The notes under the pieces are model-generated. The model saw only the letters and a program-made list of their open reading frames with translations. It was not told the origin of the DNA and searched no databases. This document shows positions 28,148 through 37,302 of a DNA stretch of 64,000 nucleotides, one piece after another. Numbering within the stretch: position 1 is the stretch's first letter; every line of letters starts with the position of its first letter. Where the stretch lies: the NCBI GenBank assembly GCA_041666325.1, contig JBAYHC010000004.1, positions 929-64,928 on the forward strand, in the 5' to 3' direction. The translations under genes were made by a program, and so were the position numbers. The DNA comes from Patescibacteria group bacterium (GTDB lineage Bacteria; Patescibacteriota; UBA1384; XYA2-FULL-43-10; 1-14-0-10-43-13).

Positions 28148-28729
28148 ATGGCACTCACTATCGCTATCGAGGGCTTGCCTGGATGCGGCAAGACTACCGC
28201 AATAGATCTTCTGGTAGAGCACCTCAAGCAAAACGGCCTACAAATTGAAGTGATAAATATTGACACAGCTGGCTGCGCAACCGAGCTGAAAGCAATCGCC
28301 GAAAGATACCCTCTCGGGCATCCTGCCAGAGTGCTTCTGTTTTGGGTGCTTCGTATTCAGCAGCACGAGGCCATGAGGGAGGTGGCCAAGAGTGCCGACA
28401 TCGTAATCGCAGACAGATTCTGGGGATCCACGATTGCCTTCGACGTCTTCGGTAGCGGCGTACCAATGAAAGCGATCGAATGGTTTAGTCATTTCATCAA
28501 CCCTAAACCAGATGTAGTCCTCTATTTCGATGCACCGCTCGAGGTTACGCAGAAACGGAAGCAAGCCAAGACCATGCATGACGCCGACTTCGCCTCCAGA
28601 ATAGAAAAAGGCTATATTCATCTCGCCAAAACAGAACGATGGACTAAAATCGACGCAACAAAAAACCCTGAAGAAATCATGAAACAGTGTCTAAATATAA
28701 TAACCGCACACATCCCGCGCACCAAATGA
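28148..28729 (+). CDS. tmk: Thymidylate kinase family protein
   Basis: IAIEGLPGCGKTT, VIADRF..STIAF, KPDVVLYFD, IDAT. Confidence 0.8.
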   Translation: MALTIAIEGLPGCGKTTAIDLLVEHLKQNGLQIEVINIDTAGCATELKAIAERYPLGHPARVLLFWVLRIQQHEAMREVAKSADIVIADRFWGSTIAFDVFGSGVPMKAIEWFSHFINPKPDVVLYFDAPLEVTQKRKQAKTMHDADFASRIEKGYIHLAKTERWTKIDATKNPEEIMKQCLNIITAHIPRTK

Positions 28730-29211
28730 ACAAACTGCTCTCTGACCTAAAAAGCAACCTCGACAAAGCCGAGCTCGGATATAAAATTATCGAATTATCG
28801 GCACCAGCCATGACAGTACCAGATGTGATTAAATTTGCCAAAGAACCGATCAACGAGAATGAGATCTGCAAAACATTAATAGTAAAAGCCGGCACTGGAT
28901 TCATAGCAATCTTCTTGAGGGGCGAAAATAAAGTCAATTTTAAAGCTCTCAAATCATTGTTTGGCCCCAAGGTTCGCTTTGCCACCGCCGAGGAGGTCAA
29001 GGCATCGGCTAACGTTGACCCGGGTGCGGTTTGCCCGCTTATTCTCAATGTGCCGCTCTATATTGACGAAAGCGCCATCGTACTAAGCAACGCCCACTTT
29101 GGCTCCGGTGACCATATGTTTGGGCTAGAAATGAACCCTGCTGATATACTGGAAATAACAGGTGCTAAAATAGTTAATATTAGCAAGGAGCAATCAAATG
29201 AAAATTGCTAA
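28726..29211 (+). CDS. YbaK/ProX aminoacyl-tRNA deacylase family
   Basis: ICKTLIV, RFATAEEV, PGAVCP, FGSG. Confidence 0.88.
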   Translation: MNKLLSDLKSNLDKAELGYKIIELSAPAMTVPDVIKFAKEPINENEICKTLIVKAGTGFIAIFLRGENKVNFKALKSLFGPKVRFATAEEVKASANVDPGAVCPLILNVPLYIDESAIVLSNAHFGSGDHMFGLEMNPADILEITGAKIVNISKEQSNENC

Positions 29212-29833
29212 ATTCGGTCATAGCTGCCTATTGGTTGAGGAAAATAAATTGCGCATTTTGATCGATCCTGGAGTTTATTCAAGTGGTCTCGACAAAATCG
29301 AGAACATTAACATCATTCTCATCACTCACGAGCATCCTGACCACTGTGACTTAGAGACACTGGCAAAAGTCATCCGCAACAATCCAAATACAAGAATTAT
29401 TACAAACGATGGAGTCGGCAGGATTTTGGTAGATAACGGCATTCCCTACGAGTTAACCCAAAATAACACGATGATCACTCAAGACAGTGTCACCATTGAA
29501 TCTTTTGATGACACTCATGCGATTATTTATCCAACACTACCTTCAGTCAAAAATAGCAGTTTCCTGATTGGCAAAAAGTTGTTTCACCCCGGAGACCAGT
29601 TTGTTATTCCTGTCAGGCCGGTCGCAGTGCTCGCTCTCCCGGTGGCTGGCCCGTGGTTAAAGATCTCCGAATCTATCGATTACGCCAGAACAATTCAACC
29701 CAAGACATGCATTCCGATTCATGACGGCTTTCTGAAGCAACAAGGCTTAGTTCACCGAGCGCCGAAGTCAGTACTTGAACCTCTCGGCATTGATTTTCTT
29801 ATTCCAGAAAATAATCAATCGATTGTAGTCTAG
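29198..29833 (+). CDS. MBL-fold metallo-hydrolase
   Basis: GHSCLL, IDPG, ITHEHPDH, HPGD, IPIHDG. Confidence 0.92.
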   Translation: MKIAKFGHSCLLVEENKLRILIDPGVYSSGLDKIENINIILITHEHPDHCDLETLAKVIRNNPNTRIITNDGVGRILVDNGIPYELTQNNTMITQDSVTIESFDDTHAIIYPTLPSVKNSSFLIGKKLFHPGDQFVIPVRPVAVLALPVAGPWLKISESIDYARTIQPKTCIPIHDGFLKQQGLVHRAPKSVLEPLGIDFLIPENNQSIVV

Positions 29834-30264
29834 TGGACCATGTTGCCATAATGAAAAAATCGCATGGTTTTTTGCCCAAGATCCTCTTGGGCAAAAAGAC
29901 AATCGAGTCACGCTGGTACACCTCAAAAAGAGCCCCATGGGAGATGATCAAGCCAGGAGAAACTGTTTACTTCAAAGACTCGGGATCGCCCGTAACAGTC
30001 AAGGCAAAAGTTAGAAAAGTCCTCCAGTTTGCTGACCTCAACCCAAGAGAGATCTCTGAGATTGTCGCAAAGCATGGCCAAGAAATCGGTATTTCAGCCA
30101 ATGAAGCAGCACTATTTTGCCAGGCAAGACGAGATAAGAAATATTGCATTCTCATCTTTCTAGATAACGTTGGGCGAATAGAACCATTTGAGATTGATAA
30201 AACAGGATTTGGCAATATGACGGCATGGATAAGCGTGCCTGATATCAATATGATCAAACACTGA
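29833..30264 (+). CDS. ASCH/PUA-like domain protein
   Basis: ILLGKKTIESR matches the ASCH GxKxxExR motif; IKPGETVYF. Confidence 0.8.
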   Translation: MDHVAIMKKSHGFLPKILLGKKTIESRWYTSKRAPWEMIKPGETVYFKDSGSPVTVKAKVRKVLQFADLNPREISEIVAKHGQEIGISANEAALFCQARRDKKYCILIFLDNVGRIEPFEIDKTGFGNMTAWISVPDINMIKH

Positions 30265-30279
30265 TTGTAAGGAGAAAAT

Positions 30280-30990
30280 ATGAAAAAAGTTGTTATCGAA
30301 CAATCCATCTTTGGCAAATATCCCTCGGCCAAAGTTGGGGTAATCGTGGCGAAGAATATTAATAATGTCAGCTCCAGCGAGGAGATAACAGCCCGACTCC
30401 GAGAAGAGGAAAAGAGAATCAGGGAAGGATTCGTTACTGAGACCCTCTCCCAGCACCCAAAAATAAACTGTTGGCGAAAGGCCTACTCTGCCTTCGGTTC
30501 CAAAGGCGGCGAATACAAATCTTCAGTTGAAGCACTTTACCGCCGCGTAATAAAAGGCGGGAAACTGAGGCCGATCAATCCTTTGGTGGATATCTATAAC
30601 TATATCTCGCTCAAGCATATGATGCCGGTTGGGGGCGAAGACCTGGACAATATTGAGGGAGATATTTATCTGACTTTCGCTGGAAGCAATGAAGTACCAG
30701 TACTCCTTCTCGGAGACGAAGAAGCCAAGACCCCAACCGCAGGCGAGGTAATTTACAAGGACAACATCTCCGCCATCTGCCGACGTTGGAACTGGCGAGA
30801 AGCTGATCGAACAAAATTAACCGAAAACACTAAGAGCGCAATTTTAGTCATAGACGGGATCGACCCCCTGAGCAACGAAGAAATTGCCTCTGCCTTAGAT
30901 GAATTTGAAACACTAATTAGACGACACTGCGGCTGCATCACGCAAAAGACTATTCTCGACAAATCAAATCCGGAGCTAGTCTTTGAATAG
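30280..30990 (+). CDS. Stand-alone B3/B4 domain protein (PheRS-beta editing-like)
   Basis: WRKAYSAFG, SSVEALYRR, INPLVDIYNYIS, GGEDLD, CRRWNWRE. Confidence 0.92.
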   Translation: MKKVVIEQSIFGKYPSAKVGVIVAKNINNVSSSEEITARLREEEKRIREGFVTETLSQHPKINCWRKAYSAFGSKGGEYKSSVEALYRRVIKGGKLRPINPLVDIYNYISLKHMMPVGGEDLDNIEGDIYLTFAGSNEVPVLLLGDEEAKTPTAGEVIYKDNISAICRRWNWREADRTKLTENTKSAILVIDGIDPLSNEEIASALDEFETLIRRHCGCITQKTILDKSNPELVFE

Positions 30991-31034
30991 AAAAAGGGCC
31001 GCCAATACGACGGTCCCAACAGAAATGTCTGCGC

Positions 31035-31829
31035 TCAACACGTAGGAAACAAAACTTGGAAGGTTGAGCCCTTGCCGGGCTCGCTTTGAACAAAGATTGC
31101 TCCATGGTGGCCCCGGACAATGCCAAGCACAACAGGTAGCCCCATACCACGACCGATAAACTTGGTGGTGAAGAAGGGGTCGAAGGCTTTGGCCATAACC
31201 TCATTGGTCATACCAGCGCCTGTATCCGACACCTCGATGAAAACATACTCGCCCGGAATCAGCGTGCTGCCCGGAACCGCCAAGGCGAGTTGGTCCTGAG
31301 TGAATTTGGCCCGACCGACACGGACAGTTACCATGCTGGTGCGCCTTTTATCCTGAATCGCCTCAAAAGCATTGGCAATAAGATGGTCGACCAGTCTCTT
31401 TATCTGCTCAAGATCAGCACAGAGCTTGAAAGATTCGTCCCCTATTGGTACGAACAGGGCAAGATCATCGAATCTGTATATACCCCAATCAGGCATTCGA
31501 GCAAGGTCAATCTCCCGAAGGACAAAGCAGCCTCCCCCGGAGTAGTCATTCAGCTGAACTGACAGCTGCCTGATCTTCTCGACTGCCACTCTTATTGGCT
31601 CCAAATGGGCCAAGACTGGAGAGTCGGCCGGAAGTTTCGTCTCCAGCAAATCAACATTGCCAAGAATTGCCATCAGGGCATTGTTGTTAAGATGAGCGAC
31701 AGCACCAGCAAGAACATGGCTCTTTTCCAAAAACCGCTCCCGCTCCTCACGGATCAGGACTTCCGGCTCCGTGATTTGGCGGCGGACAAGAGCGAGTGCT
31801 CTTCTGGCGTCATCCAAAAATCCCATCAT
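31035..31829 (-). CDS. Sensor-less histidine kinase core (HisKA plus HATPase_c, CckA-like)
   Basis: LAGAVAHLNNNAL, LIANAFEAI, VSDTGAGM, FDPFFTTK..GRGMGL, SEPGKGSTF. Confidence 0.85.
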   Translation of the reverse strand: MMGFLDDARRALALVRRQITEPEVLIREERERFLEKSHVLAGAVAHLNNNALMAILGNVDLLETKLPADSPVLAHLEPIRVAVEKIRQLSVQLNDYSGGGCFVLREIDLARMPDWGIYRFDDLALFVPIGDESFKLCADLEQIKRLVDHLIANAFEAIQDKRRTSMVTVRVGRAKFTQDQLALAVPGSTLIPGEYVFIEVSDTGAGMTNEVMAKAFDPFFTTKFIGRGMGLPVVLGIVRGHHGAIFVQSEPGKGSTFQVLFPTC

Positions 31830-31976
31830 TGGTCTCCCCCCCATCCAGCACTCTTCAAGTGCGAATGTAATTATACACGAATTTTGAAAATTGTAAACTC
31901 ATTCTGATACCAGCTAGAACTATTTCCATCTTTTGTTAAGATAGATAGTAACTATGAAACAATGACAAGGAGGATT

Positions 31977-32249
31977 ATGGATTTAGGGGAAATAGAAAAA
32001 GCACTCGAAGAAATCAAGGAACGCAACCTCAAAGTCGAGGCCGACAAGGCCTGGGAAACGAGTTGGACCAGGAGATTGCTGCTCATCGCATTCACCTATT
32101 TGGCTATCGGCCTATACCTCAACGCCATCGCAATCGACCGGCCCTGGCTCAATGCCATTGTCCCGGCTGTCGGCTTCATGCTCTCAACACTCACCCTTCC
32201 CTTCTTCAAAAAGTTATGGTTAAATAAGTTTCAGCACAGCAGAGGATAA
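31977..32249 (+). CDS. Small two-TM membrane protein
   Basis: RNLKVEADKAWETSWTRR, two TMs; AGGAGG RBS. Confidence 0.75.
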   Translation: MDLGEIEKALEEIKERNLKVEADKAWETSWTRRLLLIAFTYLAIGLYLNAIAIDRPWLNAIVPAVGFMLSTLTLPFFKKLWLNKFQHSRG

Positions 32250-32277
32250 TTATCCCTGCGAAATCGGGAGGGAAAGC

Positions 32278-32697
32278 GTGGCTCCACACACCACTGCTAT
32301 ACATACCACTTCTATTCTGGCTGTTGACGAAGAGGCTCATCCTGGCAGGTTTTTGGCTCTCAAACGACACCCCGACAAGCGTCATGGCGGAAAGTGGAAC
32401 ATTGTTTCTGGCAAATTAGAACCCAAAGAAAATGTTGAGAAGTGCGTTTGCCGTGAAATCAGAGAAGAGCTCGGGCCGAATGTCGTTTGCACGCTGATAG
32501 AAGCAAAAAGGGTGCGTTCTTATAGAGAAGACGATGGCCAGGTCTGGATTGTCAATCCGACTATGTGTCGAATCAGCGGCGATATCGTGCTCAATGACGA
32601 GAACACCGAATACCGTTGGGTAACACTGGAAGAGTTCCTGGCACTTGATATCGTTCCACCAGTTATTCCCGACCTGCATGATTTCTTCCCCTTCTAG
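32278..32697 (+). CDS. NUDIX hydrolase
   Basis: GKLEPKENVEKCVCREIREELG; LNDENTEYRWV. Confidence 0.88.
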   Translation: MAPHTTAIHTTSILAVDEEAHPGRFLALKRHPDKRHGGKWNIVSGKLEPKENVEKCVCREIREELGPNVVCTLIEAKRVRSYREDDGQVWIVNPTMCRISGDIVLNDENTEYRWVTLEEFLALDIVPPVIPDLHDFFPF

Positions 32698-32778
32698 CCC
32701 GCCCCTGGCGGGCTTTTTGATAAAAACGCCCGCTCCGCGGCTGCGGAACGGGCTGATGTGCGAACAACGGTCCGAGGC

Positions 32779-33483
32779 CTACTGGCCGGCAGGCTGCGGG
32801 AAATCGCTGCCCCAAACGCGGCCGCGGACCTTGCTCTGCAAACGACGCAGCGGGAATTGCCGCCAGAAGAACCATGCGTAAGACGGAAACTCCTGGGGCG
32901 GAAGATGCGTCACCTGCAGTTCCTTGAACATCTCGGCCAGCACCGGCCTGATCGACCAGACGATGCCGTTGATGCAGGCGGCAACTGCAAGCGGACTGAT
33001 CCGGTCTTTACCCAACCGCCAACCATCCTCAGCGATAGCATACCGCCGGTTGATATTGAACTCACCGCACTCACCACCGTACTCGCGCATGACGCTCTTG
33101 TTGGGCGAGCCCGCCTGAGAGTAGAAGCTGTGTGTATCGAGGTCCCAGCTCCGGTCGCTCATCTTGATCCCGAACTCATCTTTCAACCACCTGGTATAGA
33201 GCACCGGATCGGCAGCGGCGTCAACGGAAACACTCCACCAGTGCTCATAACAACTAATTGGGCTCAGAATTTCGACAAACTCGGCCTTGATAATCAGAGC
33301 CCGCCCGGCCTCCTGAAAGAAGAGTGAGGTCGCCCTGCATGCCCGACATGGTGTCTTGCACCAGCCAGGAAATGCGACCTCGCAGCGAGCCAGCTTGTCC
33401 ATGCCGTTGGCCCGAAGCAGACCTATCAGCTCAGCAAAGTACTCCTCGGGCGCAAACACTTCCGAAATCTCTGTCGTGGTCAT
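32779..33483 (-). CDS. Hypothetical protein (ORFan)
   Basis: ORF under TTGACT-17-TATAAT (33580-33552); AAAGGGG before ATG 33483. Confidence 0.6.
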   Translation of the reverse strand: MTTTEISEVFAPEEYFAELIGLLRANGMDKLARCEVAFPGWCKTPCRACRATSLFFQEAGRALIIKAEFVEILSPISCYEHWWSVSVDAAADPVLYTRWLKDEFGIKMSDRSWDLDTHSFYSQAGSPNKSVMREYGGECGEFNINRRYAIAEDGWRLGKDRISPLAVAACINGIVWSIRPVLAEMFKELQVTHLPPQEFPSYAWFFWRQFPLRRLQSKVRGRVWGSDFPQPAGQ

Positions 33484-33638
33484 TGGAGACCCCTTTCTGC
33501 GCCTCGCGGCGCGCAGCAACCAAGCTGCTCTCCACCCACATCACGCACATGATTATATCACAATATTCAGTATTAGTCAATACAGGCAAAGAAAAAGCCT
33601 ACCCCGAAGGGTAGGCACAATAGAGCAAGAACCGGCAC

Positions 33639-33926
33639 TCACTGCTTCATGGATGCTCTTGTGAAGCAAGCCATGGCAATGCTGTAGAAAACAACGAATC
33701 CGATCGCATGCAGGAAAAGGAGGTTCTCCGTGTCAGCAGCACCCTCCAGTGACTGCAGCGAAACAGTCAACACAACGAACCGAATCAAGGCCCTGAGACC
33801 TAGCAAGTTAATCAAAGTGGCCACCAGGAGTGAAATCACCCCGCCAGCGACAAAAAAGTTCTGCCTGCTCGCCACTGTCTTGCCGCCAGAGCTACATTCA
33901 TAGCGGCCTCTTGGCTTGGTTACCAT
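33639..33926 (-). CDS. Small membrane protein (uncertain)
   Basis: Two to three hydrophobic segments; ATG overlaps the end of the YfiH-like gene. Confidence 0.4.
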   Translation of the reverse strand: MVTKPRGRYECSSGGKTVASRQNFFVAGGVISLLVATLINLLGLRALIRFVVLTVSLQSLEGAADTENLLFLHAIGFVVFYSIAMACFTRASMKQ

Positions 33927-34717
33927 GAGCCAATGAAATACCCATCCCGCCACGAGGGGCGCTGATGCAGATCCCACTCCCGGCGCTTCGAGGCTAATTC
34001 AGGGAAAGCATAGGTGTCAAACAAACTCAGCAAAATGCGATCGGCCGTGATACTAGTCTGGCTAAACTGAACGATAGCGGTCGAACCCAAACTAAAGGTC
34101 GGCTCGTCTCCATATGTGTTCACCGCTCCAACCAAATGAGGCATCTGTTTGTACTGCTCCGCCTCCTCCGGCCTAATTTTGTACGAATTGCCTCTGATTC
34201 GAGGACCCACCATCACGATTGTCGAATCAGGGCTCTCGCCTTGACCAAACCACTGCTGGCAAAACTCCGCAATCACGCCATCAACCGCCTCGGGGCGGCC
34301 AAAGTGAATCAGCCCGATGTGATTTTTGCCGTAAACGGCAACTGGCGCACAGTCGGCGACGAAAACCGATGAAACTATGCCGCTTCCGCGCCGGAAGATC
34401 ACGCCGTCACACACCAGATCGACATCGCCCATCAAATCAGCAATGGTAACAATTTTGTCATGCTTGCTTCCACCAAGGTTCAAGCTGGCCATGAAAGCTC
34501 CGGGGTAAATCTCCTCCGCCACCTTCCTTGCCACAGTGAGGGCACTTTTGCGGCTGCCTTCCTCACCGATAAAGCCAAGATCACCATTGGCACCAGAAAT
34601 TCCATAAAGAAACGGCTGGTAATCAAACTTAATAGGTTCGTAAGGAGTATAGGCCCGTAACAGTGGACCAGCCACCGTCTCGATCGCCCTTCCACATGTC
34701 ACCGCGTTGTCTAGCAC
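33920..34717 (-). CDS. YfiH/PgeF (laccase-domain, purine nucleoside phosphorylase-like) protein, paralog 1
   Basis: KH...CDGVI...VADCAPV...IHFGR...VGPRI...ASKRRE. Confidence 0.8.
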   Translation of the reverse strand: MLDNAVTCGRAIETVAGPLLRAYTPYEPIKFDYQPFLYGISGANGDLGFIGEEGSRKSALTVARKVAEEIYPGAFMASLNLGGSKHDKIVTIADLMGDVDLVCDGVIFRRGSGIVSSVFVADCAPVAVYGKNHIGLIHFGRPEAVDGVIAEFCQQWFGQGESPDSTIVMVGPRIRGNSYKIRPEEAEQYKQMPHLVGAVNTYGDEPTFSLGSTAIVQFSQTSITADRILLSLFDTYAFPELASKRREWDLHQRPSWRDGYFIGSW

Positions 34718-34869
34718 TTGCGGGTCCTCCTCTCACTGTCGTTCCACCGAAGTGCAGCGTAATTTTAGCATTATTTACACAGTAGGTCAACTAATTTTCG
34801 TTGACAGTTTTTCTTTTTCGTGGTATATATCAGGCGGTGCTACTCAGCACTAGAGGAGGGAACGATCTC

Positions 34870-35499
34870 ATGGCAGATCAAACCTTGGCGAGGCCGGAGG
34901 GCCTGCCAGACTCCGCCGAGCGCTTCTGTCCTGTCTGTATGGCAGGGCTGGATCAGCATGACCTTCCGTTTCACACCAATTGTCCTGGGAAAGTCAGACT
35001 GCCGCCAGACTGGACATACGGCGGACGGTTGTGGCGCTGTGACCACAACCATATCTACTACACTTACCCCAAGCTTCGAGAGGCAACAAGAGTAGATAAC
35101 TTCAGGGAATTTGGCGGACTTCTTCCTGCGCTGATTGTCATCGCCAATGGTTGTGTCGCCAAGCCAGATCACAAGGACCCGGATCGTTCGGTGTATGCCC
35201 TTGGGGGAACATGCGCCTGGTTTGGAGAGTACTATTTTCCCAGGTTGTGGCCATCAGGTGCAGACTATGAGAAAGACACATACACCGAGTTGATGGCAGT
35301 GTTTGCCACTGAGCTCACAACGATTGCATCTGAATTGCCGGACCTGAAGGCCGACTGCGCGCGCAAAGAGCTAAGGGAGAGAACACGGGATGTTCTGGCT
35401 CGAGATCTCAGGATAAAGCAGGCCAGGGCACTTGATTTGTGCAAAATGTTGCCACCAGTAATGGCTGCTTGCATCCTGCAACCGGCCATTACGCTTTGA
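34870..35499 (+). CDS. Hypothetical protein with Cys/His-rich N-terminus
   Basis: GAGGAGG RBS; FCPVC..C..WRCDHNH; terminator 35523-35554. Confidence 0.65.
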   Translation: MADQTLARPEGLPDSAERFCPVCMAGLDQHDLPFHTNCPGKVRLPPDWTYGGRLWRCDHNHIYYTYPKLREATRVDNFREFGGLLPALIVIANGCVAKPDHKDPDRSVYALGGTCAWFGEYYFPRLWPSGADYEKDTYTELMAVFATELTTIASELPDLKADCARKELRERTRDVLARDLRIKQARALDLCKMLPPVMAACILQPAITL

Positions 35500-35602
35500 C
35501 TTGGGTCTTTTGCTTTTTCCGGCGGCGGTGCACGGGCACCGCCGTTGTTTTTTTAAAAAAGCCATCCAGCGACGGATGGCAACAAAGACAACATGATACA
35601 AT

Positions 35603-36391
35603 TCACGAACAGACAAAGTAGCAATCCCGCCAGGAATGGCGGTTGTTGAGCTTCCGCTCCCGGCGGTCGGAAGCAAAATCCCGACAACCGTAAGTGTCAA
35701 TATCACTGTACCAGATAGCCCCATCCGGTATTCCAGCACGACCCAGGTCGTCACAGTTAGCACCGGTTACATTAAATCCCCAACTTCTCCAAACCGTCTT
35801 ATCAATCTGGGGCACAAGTTCCGGAACGTGACGGATCTGTTCAAGCACATCCTCGCCTAACTCATAATGATACAAACCGATGCCTGGACCAACTATTGCT
35901 GTGGCATTTGCAGAGTCTTCTTTGAGTTCTCGCCACAGCTTTGCAAATTCCGGCACAATCCGATCTACTGTCTCTGGTCGACCGGCATGCATAAAACCAA
36001 TGTGCTCCTTGCCGTAGACCGCAATGACATTGCAATCAGCCACACATGTCTCAACCACGATACCGCTTCCACGTCTAAAGATGGCACCATCGGCGGCGAT
36101 AACCATGCGACTCCCGACAAAATCGAGCACTGGAACAACAATATTGTGCCGAGTATGATAGCGCAAGAAAAGATGAAGATGAAGCGCATCAGGATAGATC
36201 TCCTCAACGTGCCTCTCGATGATCGGAATGGCACTCTTCTGGCTTTCAACATCACCGATGTAACCGAGGCTACCATCCTTACCAATAACCCTGCGCAAAC
36301 TGAATTCGGAACCAGCTCCCGGGACATAGAATATATCGCCAGATAAACCGCTCTTATACGCAAGAGGATCACCATGACTCAGTTCTAGCAC
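35603..36391 (-). CDS. YfiH/PgeF-like protein, paralog 2
   Basis: RH...ADGAI...VADCNVI...MHAGR...VGPGI...ASDRRE; shares IFRRGSGIV, AVYGK.HIG and SWRD with paralog 1. Confidence 0.8.
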   Translation of the reverse strand: MLELSHGDPLAYKSGLSGDIFYVPGAGSEFSLRRVIGKDGSLGYIGDVESQKSAIPIIERHVEEIYPDALHLHLFLRYHTRHNIVVPVLDFVGSRMVIAADGAIFRRGSGIVVETCVADCNVIAVYGKEHIGFMHAGRPETVDRIVPEFAKLWRELKEDSANATAIVGPGIGLYHYELGEDVLEQIRHVPELVPQIDKTVWRSWGFNVTGANCDDLGRAGIPDGAIWYSDIDTYGCRDFASDRRERKLNNRHSWRDCYFVCS

Positions 36392-36525
36392 TTGCGGCCC
36401 CTCCTTCCGTTCGTCGTTCTACCGAAGTGCAGCGTAATTTTAGCATGAGCAACCGCAATCGTCAAGTTTCCAAGATTATTTCGACTGTGCTATCCTAGTG
36501 AAAGTTAGCTAGACAAGGAGGCACA

Positions 36526-37302
36526 ATGCCACCAGAAGGACTTTCGATAGCTCAAGACGAGACACTTGTCCCGGTTGAGGCATCACTCGATAAAACTCAT
36601 TACTTCCAATATTTTGCCATGCACTACCTCATGCCCGAAATGAGAATTTTGCGTCGTGGCAGAGCGTTAGTTAGGCCCGAAGCCGATGGTTGGCGGCAGA
36701 TCTCAGAGCACTGTCTCTCGGAAGCAGTTGGGGCCGATATTTTAGCCGAGGCACTGGGAGCAAACCGTGAGATGGTTCGACGTGCCGCTCTGCTTCACGA
36801 CTGGTACAAGCGTCGCGAGCTTGAATTGAAGAAAGAGCATGGCATGATCGAGGGCTACCGAATATCCAATACTGAGGATTTGCAGCTACTTCGAGGCTAT
36901 GGCGTTCCGGAAGAGCTAATTAGACTTTCACACTCTAACACCCTAGAAAACGCCGATCCGGACTACCTTGCCAGCCGAACTCTTGAAGAGAAAATCGTTC
37001 ATTTTATGGATCTCATCACAGATTACTCAAATTGGGTCTCATATCTGGAACGGAGAAAGCGTCCCCAGAACAATCCCAAAGCAATCGAGTGGTCAGAGTC
37101 ATTTCGAGAGCAGTACGATGGCGCGAGCCTATTTGAGATGAATCAGCGATTGGAAGCGCTAGAGAGAGGTGAATTTGAGGAAGCACTGGGCTTAGAGCCT
37201 GGAACCCTGGTAAACTTTATGCGCCAAAGATTAAACGAGCGAATCAAACAACTAAAAAGAGAACAGGAAAGTGCCAAACAAGATGAAAAAGATCGATCAT
37301 AG
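36526..37302 (+). CDS. HD-domain protein
   Basis: SEHC...AALLHDW...SH...EKIVHFMD. Confidence 0.8.
   Translation: MPPEGLSIAQDETLVPVEASLDKTHYFQYFAMHYLMPEMRILRRGRALVRPEADGWRQISEHCLSEAVGADILAEALGANREMVRRAALLHDWYKRRELELKKEHGMIEGYRISNTEDLQLLRGYGVPEELIRLSHSNTLENADPDYLASRTLEEKIVHFMDLITDYSNWVSYLERRKRPQNNPKAIEWSESFREQYDGASLFEMNQRLEALERGEFEEALGLEPGTLVNFMRQRLNERIKQLKREQESAKQDEKDRS

Noticed and set aside
32758-33327. 189-aa plus-strand ORF
   Set aside because: Antisense to 32779..33483, which has the promoter and RBS support.
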